20,015 nt of DNA from a candidate division FCPU426 bacterium (GTDB lineage Bacteria; Oederibacteriota; Muellerivitia; Muellerivitales; Muellerivitaceae). Position numbers and translations under genes: made by a program. The stretch lies in assembly GCA_963830915.1 (NCBI GenBank), contig CAWHOE010000078.1:1-20015 (forward strand). Direction: 5' to 3'. The notes beneath the pieces were generated by a model. It saw only the letters and a list, made by a program, of their open reading frames with translations, was not told the DNA's origin and made no database searches. Every line of letters starts with the position of its first letter. Position 1 is the stretch's first letter. Of this stretch, positions 15,843-20,015 are shown in pieces.

Positions 15843-16088
15843 TTACGTTTGGGAGGGTTTGATTCGAAAACCTGAGCGGATCTTGAACTTACGGATAGCC
15901 TGCTTAAGGCTATAGAACTTCCCATCGGGGTCCACGAAGCCGGCGTTCTCCAGACCCACCCGCGAGTTGCCCTCAGCCACCGCTTCCTGCAAGGCGTCGT
16001 AATGCATGACGCCCTTATAGATCTTCCCCGTCCTCGGGTCCTTCAGGGCCGCCAGCAGGTCTTTCTTATGGAAGCTTTTCTTGGCCAT
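15843..16088 (-). CDS. Small basic hypothetical protein
   Basis: GAGGGG RBS before ATG 16088, 8 nt after the upstream stop, so likely co-transcribed. Confidence 0.65.
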   Translation of the reverse strand: MAKKSFHKKDLLAALKDPRTGKIYKGVMHYDALQEAVAEGNSRVGLENAGFVDPDGKFYSLKQAIRKFKIRSGFRIKPSQT

Positions 16089-16095
16089 GGACCCC

Positions 16096-16860
16096 TCAAT
16101 GAATATCCTGGAAATTTTCACCCAGGTCGCGCAGTTCTTTGCCGTTAGTGTCCACGATGTAGTAATGGTCGTAGGACCCGTAATTGGGCGGGCCGTAATA
16201 CTTGTGCTTCTCCACGATGAGGTCGCCCCGGTACTGTCCTGAGGGGATGACCTTCATGCCGTTGCCAGGACAGAGGTATCTTTCTTGCCCCGTTTTCAGG
16301 TCCACCACGTGGATGGCCTCGGAGACGGCCCAGGCGCTGGATTGGAAATAGACCTTGTCCAGGTCCGGCGAGAATTGGGGATTGTTGATTCCGGCGATGA
16401 CCTTTTCCATGTCCTCCGAATCCCGGCAGGAGACCAGTAATTTTTTCTCCCCCGTTCGGGTGTTCTTCAGCCAAAGCTCGTTGTTTTCCCCCCCGCCCGA
16501 GCCAGTGTCGATGTCAGGCTTGCCGGTGTTCTTGACGACAAGCGTCAGCGGCGCCTGGGCGCCAATTTCTTTTTCGGAAATTGGCACACTCAAATCTCGG
16601 CCATCAGCTTGAAGCTTCTGGCCAGAGGCAAGTCCAGACACTATGTTTGATTGTGCTGATGCGCCAATACCTTGCTCAGGTATTGGCACACTCACGGCCC
16701 AGCCTTCGACTTGAGATCGAAGGCCAGAGGCCTTAGAGGAATCAGCAGCCACGATAACGGGATTTTGGGCGGGAACAATTTGAGCGTCCTGTTTTGGCAT
16801 GGAACCTCGTCCGCAAGAGCAGAGAAAAAGAACGGCGGTCATAAGTGAAAGGAATTTCAT
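16096..16860 (-). CDS. Hypothetical lipoprotein (C-terminal half with TolB/propeller-like blades)
   Basis: MKFLSLMTAVLFLCS-C lipobox, GAGG RBS, 'PQFSPDLDKVYF' motif. Confidence 0.8.
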   Translation of the reverse strand: MKFLSLMTAVLFLCSCGRGSMPKQDAQIVPAQNPVIVAADSSKASGLRSQVEGWAVSVPIPEQGIGASAQSNIVSGLASGQKLQADGRDLSVPISEKEIGAQAPLTLVVKNTGKPDIDTGSGGGENNELWLKNTRTGEKKLLVSCRDSEDMEKVIAGINNPQFSPDLDKVYFQSSAWAVSEAIHVVDLKTGQERYLCPGNGMKVIPSGQYRGDLIVEKHKYYGPPNYGSYDHYYIVDTNGKELRDLGENFQDIH

Positions 16861-17019
16861 AGCGCCCTACCTCATAAAGTTAAGAGTATTTTATCGCAAA
16901 AGCTTCCAGCGGGGATGTTATGAAACTCAGAATAATAAGTAAAAACCAGGATGTTTGGGCGGAAATTGATTCAAGGATTCAGATAAACCGTCACCTTTTA
17001 CATCAACGTCATTTAGAGT

Positions 17020-17028
17020 TGCTATAAT
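17020..17028 (+). promoter_or_regulatory. Extended -10 promoter (TGcTATAAT) for the small gene at 17067
   Basis: Consensus TGnTATAAT ~40 nt upstream of the ATG. Confidence 0.55.
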
Positions 17029-17066
17029 GACTTTCTTACCACGCATCCAAAAAGGAGCGTAAAAAA

Positions 17067-17243
17067 ATGGCCAAAGCGGAAAAGAAGGTCCAAACCAAAC
17101 CCTCGTTAGAGATATTCCAGACCGAGATCCATCTGGTCGCAGAGGGCATCTACAAGAAAAGAATGGCGAACAACCAACCGGGCGACGCGCTTTCCGATTG
17201 GCTAGAAGCGGAGAAGGAAGTGAAGAAAAAGTACAAGATGTAA
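17067..17243 (+). CDS. DUF2934-like small protein (58 aa)
   Basis: Not in the ORF track. MAKAEKKVQTKPSLEIFQTEIHLVAEGIYKKRMANNQPGDALSDWLEAEKEVKKKYKM has the I...A..IY..R....G....DW..AE signature, with an AAGGAG RBS and its own promoter and terminator. Confidence 0.85.
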   Translation: MAKAEKKVQTKPSLEIFQTEIHLVAEGIYKKRMANNQPGDALSDWLEAEKEVKKKYKM

Positions 17244-17264
17244 TCCCTTTTTCTTTCTAGAAAC

Positions 17265-17305
17265 AATAAAGCCACCGGACGGATGACCGTCGGTGGCTTT
17301 TTTAT
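17265..17305. terminator. Bidirectional intrinsic terminator
   Basis: AAAGCCACCG(G)ACGG-ATGA-CCGTCGGTGGCTTT hairpin flanked by A/T tracts, lying between convergent genes. Confidence 0.85.
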
Positions 17306-17346
17306 TAAGTGATCCGGACCCTTGTTTAGGCGGCGTGGCCGGGTGC

Positions 17347-19557
17347 CTATCGCAGTACCACGACCTTGAACAGGTGTTTGGAATCGGGCGGTCCGGAAGT
17401 ATCCAACCTCACGTAATAAAGACCATCCGAGACAGTTTGACCGCTCTTATCCCTCAGGTCCCATTGCCATTTCACCAAACCCGATCCCGAACCGGCGAAT
17501 ACACCTGAGGCTACCTTCCGGAAAGACACTGTATAAACCGCCCAGCTGACCTGGGAGGCGGATGGAAGTTCCACGTCGAACTCCACCGATGGGCCCCTCA
17601 CGGGATTGGGATAGGGCGGGAGGAACGCCGTCGCGGCGGGAGGCGTGGGTGAAAGGGTCCAAGCGGCTGTGTTCGTGGGAGTAGAGGTGGTCGTGGCGGT
17701 AAGGGTGGGAGTGAGGGTGGTGGTGGCGGTCGGACTGTTCGTGCGGGTGAAGGTATTGGTGGAAGAGGAGGTTGCCGTGGAGGAAGCCGTCGGGGTCGGG
17801 GTGGCCGTCCAGCTCGGGGTGGAAGTGCAAGTCATGCTGTTGGTGGGCGTCGCGGTCGCGCTCGCCGTCGCGCTATTGGTCAGGGTGGCGGTCGGAGGCA
17901 AAGTCCCCGTATCGGTGGCTGTGAAGGTGCAGGTGATAGTGGGAGTATAGGTGATGGTGGGGGTGTTGGTGCTCGTGGAGGACGCGGTATTGGTCGCTGT
18001 CGATGTTGGTGTGCCGGTCAAGGTGTTCGAAGGTGTGAAAGACGGGGTATTTGTGGTTGTGTTGGTTGGGGAATTGGAGGGGGTGCTAGTTGGGCTGTTC
18101 GTGGGTGTATTCGTGGCGGTGTTCGTCGGCGTCGAGGTGGGGTTGCAGACGTAGCTATTGAAATTGGGCAATTGTGACTGGTTGATGACGTAAGCGCTGT
18201 TGTAGACCTCCTGCACATGGGCCAGGGTATTGTTGACCCCGTCAGAAACATCCGTGCCCCAGGTCATGAACCAGGACCAGTCGGCGCTTTGCTGCTGCAA
18301 AAGCACGGGATCCGGGATAGGTCCGTTCTCGGTCAGGGCCACAGGCTTCTTGCCCCCGAAGGTGATGACCGTATCCCAGAAAAGGGTGGTGGAAGGCGTG
18401 TAATCCCCCGCCGGCGGATAGACGTCCGCTCCCAGGACATCCACCTCCGAGTCCCCGGGGTACCAGGGCAAGGCCGACGAGTCGCTGTCGGTAACCCAGA
18501 CCCAGATAAGGTTGTTCAATCCCCAGACGTTGGTGAACCGGTCAACCATCAGGTTATAAAGCGCGGTGCAGGGAGCGGCGCCCTTGGCCCCCCACCAGAA
18601 CCATCCTCCCTGGGCCTCGTGCAGGGGACGCCAGAGGACGGGGATGCCGAGTTTTTGAAGTCGCTGGAGCTGGTAGCCGACCATGTCCAGGTCCGCGATC
18701 AAACCCTGGTACTGGGGCGAGCTGGGATTAGCCATGGCGTAGGAGAGGTCAAAATTGGTGGCCTCGGTGTAGAAACCCCTCCACCAGGGCTCGGCACCGG
18801 TATTCAAAAGGTCCGTGGGGGAGATCCAGTGCCATTGGAGCTGCACGATGCCTCCCGCTTGGGCCCAGGCGATGGCGCTGTCGATGGAGCCGGTGGCGGT
18901 AGTGGCGCCGTTGGCGAGGGAGGAGGTGTCGTAATATTCCAGGTCGAAACCCCCGATGGCCTCCTGCTTGCCCACATTGGCCTGGACCCAGGTGGTGTCC
19001 GTACCGCCGGAGACAATGTGATTGCCATAGTTATTCCCCAGCCAGCACCAGAGGGCCAAGGCCTGGGGGGAGGGGTTGGCCGTGACCAGGGTCTTGGGGA
19101 AAGAAAGGGCCGGCACCACCGCGGGCAGGATGGCGAAATAATCCACGTCCATGTAGCCCCAGTTGTCGGTGAGGCCCACCATATTATTGCCTGCGTTCAG
19201 GTACACCACGCCCGCCTGGATAACTTGCCAGGTCGTGGTCTGGGGAAAGTTGATGCCTCCCTGGTCGTTGCCATTGACCGTCAGGTCGTTGATCTTGGGG
19301 CCGAAGGTGGAGTTATAGCGGATGGAAACGGCGTACATGCCGGCGGTCGACACGGTCACGGTCACGGCGACCCCATCTCCCGCCTGGGTGAAGTTGGTGA
19401 CGTAGCCCGTGCCCGAATAACCGGCGGTGGTTGTGGAAACGACACAGCCGCCCGACAGGAGCCCGTTCTCGGCCTCGTAGATGATCGCCTGGGCGTAGGC
19501 CCATTGGGTCGTCAAGGAAAGGAAGAGGATGGGAAGGAAGGAGCGGATTGGATTCAT
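17347..19557 (-). CDS. Secreted GH26 beta-mannanase: CBM35 + GH26 + Thr/Pro linker + T9SS/FlgD-like C-terminal domain
   Basis: Signal peptide ending AYA; '[23 protein letters not shown]' CBM35/CBM6; 'QWHW', '[15 protein letters not shown]' (acid/base Glu), '[14 protein letters not shown]', 'ALTENG' (nucleophile); terminal YPNP...DGLYYV...KVVVLR. Confidence 0.95.
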   Translation of the reverse strand: MNPIRSFLPILFLSLTTQWAYAQAIIYEAENGLLSGGCVVSTTTAGYSGTGYVTNFTQAGDGVAVTVTVSTAGMYAVSIRYNSTFGPKINDLTVNGNDQGGINFPQTTTWQVIQAGVVYLNAGNNMVGLTDNWGYMDVDYFAILPAVVPALSFPKTLVTANPSPQALALWCWLGNNYGNHIVSGGTDTTWVQANVGKQEAIGGFDLEYYDTSSLANGATTATGSIDSAIAWAQAGGIVQLQWHWISPTDLLNTGAEPWWRGFYTEATNFDLSYAMANPSSPQYQGLIADLDMVGYQLQRLQKLGIPVLWRPLHEAQGGWFWWGAKGAAPCTALYNLMVDRFTNVWGLNNLIWVWVTDSDSSALPWYPGDSEVDVLGADVYPPAGDYTPSTTLFWDTVITFGGKKPVALTENGPIPDPVLLQQQSADWSWFMTWGTDVSDGVNNTLAHVQEVYNSAYVINQSQLPNFNSYVCNPTSTPTNTATNTPTNSPTSTPSNSPTNTTTNTPSFTPSNTLTGTPTSTATNTASSTSTNTPTITYTPTITCTFTATDTGTLPPTATLTNSATASATATPTNSMTCTSTPSWTATPTPTASSTATSSSTNTFTRTNSPTATTTLTPTLTATTTSTPTNTAAWTLSPTPPAATAFLPPYPNPVRGPSVEFDVELPSASQVSWAVYTVSFRKVASGVFAGSGSGLVKWQWDLRDKSGQTVSDGLYYVRLDTSGPPDSKHLFKVVVLR

Positions 19558-19603
19558 CGATTCCCTTCGATCCCCGGAAATGAAAGGCGGAGTGGGGAAT
19601 TTA

Positions 19604-19619
19604 GTTAAAACGCTTTAAC
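19604..19619. promoter_or_regulatory. LacI-family-like operator palindrome GTTAAAACGCTTTAAC
   Basis: 16-bp imperfect palindrome with a central AAnCGnTT, immediately downstream of the predicted -10 of the mannanase gene. Confidence 0.55.
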
Positions 19620-19648
19620 AATTTACCACTAAATTCCATCCCCTACAA
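19620..19648 (-). promoter_or_regulatory. Putative sigma70 promoter of the mannanase gene
   Basis: Minus strand TTGTAG-17 nt-TAAATT with a TG extension. Confidence 0.5.
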
Positions 19649-19671
19649 GATGTTCGTCCCCGAACGGTCCT

Positions 19672-20015
19672 TTATTTGCCTGACGGAGTAACGGAAGGAA
19701 CAAGCGTGAGAGCGGCTGGCGTCTGGTCGGGGAATGGGTCATTGGGTCCCACCCTTTGGAATTTCTTCGAGTCCCCGATCCGCCCGATGATGGGAAGGCT
19801 GATGAAACCGTGAGCGCTCATGACATCCTGGCTGTCCAGTTGCAGGTACCCGTCATAGTCGTTTCCGCTGCGCGGGTCGTACAGCTTGCCGTCCTTCCAG
19901 GTGTTCTTGCCGTCGAACTGAATGCCGATGAACACATCCGACCCCAGGAGTTTTTGAGTCCGTTTCTTCGGATCGTGGTTCTTGACGTCGAGTTTTTCCG
20001 CGTTTTTCGGGAGGA
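19672..20015 (-). CDS. DUF2147 domain protein (5' partial)
   Basis: Open to the window edge: ..LDVKNHDPKKRTQKLLG...WKDGKLYDPRSGNDY...GFISLPIIGR.., the DUF2147 signature. Confidence 0.85.
   Translation of the reverse strand, partial: LPKNAEKLDVKNHDPKKRTQKLLGSDVFIGIQFDGKNTWKDGKLYDPRSGNDYDGYLQLDSQDVMSAHGFISLPIIGRIGDSKKFQRVGPNDPFPDQTPAALTLVPSVTPSGK

Overview
GC-rich bacterial DNA, mostly an accessory region for polysaccharide degradation and the cell envelope. A minus-strand cluster runs TonB-dependent receptor -> GH9 cellulase (Ig + GH9 + CBM-like + Thr/Pro linker + C-terminal domain) -> ECF sigma factor -> membrane anti-sigma candidate with a FlgD-Ig-like domain -> Gly-rich secreted protein. 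The rest holds two tandem DUF3553-like paralogues that share a conserved, probably structured 80-nt leader, several small or lipoprotein genes, a CBM35-GH26 mannanase with a LacI-type operator, and a partial DUF2147 gene. The secreted enzymes share a T9SS/FlgD-like C-terminal domain, and the anti-sigma candidate carries a related one. At about nt 596 two convergent genes (an ABC permease and the Gly-rich protein) are both cut at the same point, which suggests a chimeric join or rearrangement. Two single-base homopolymer frameshifts look like sequencing errors. No rRNA, tRNA, CRISPR array or transposase was recognised. All family assignments come from motif recognition by eye; no searches were run.
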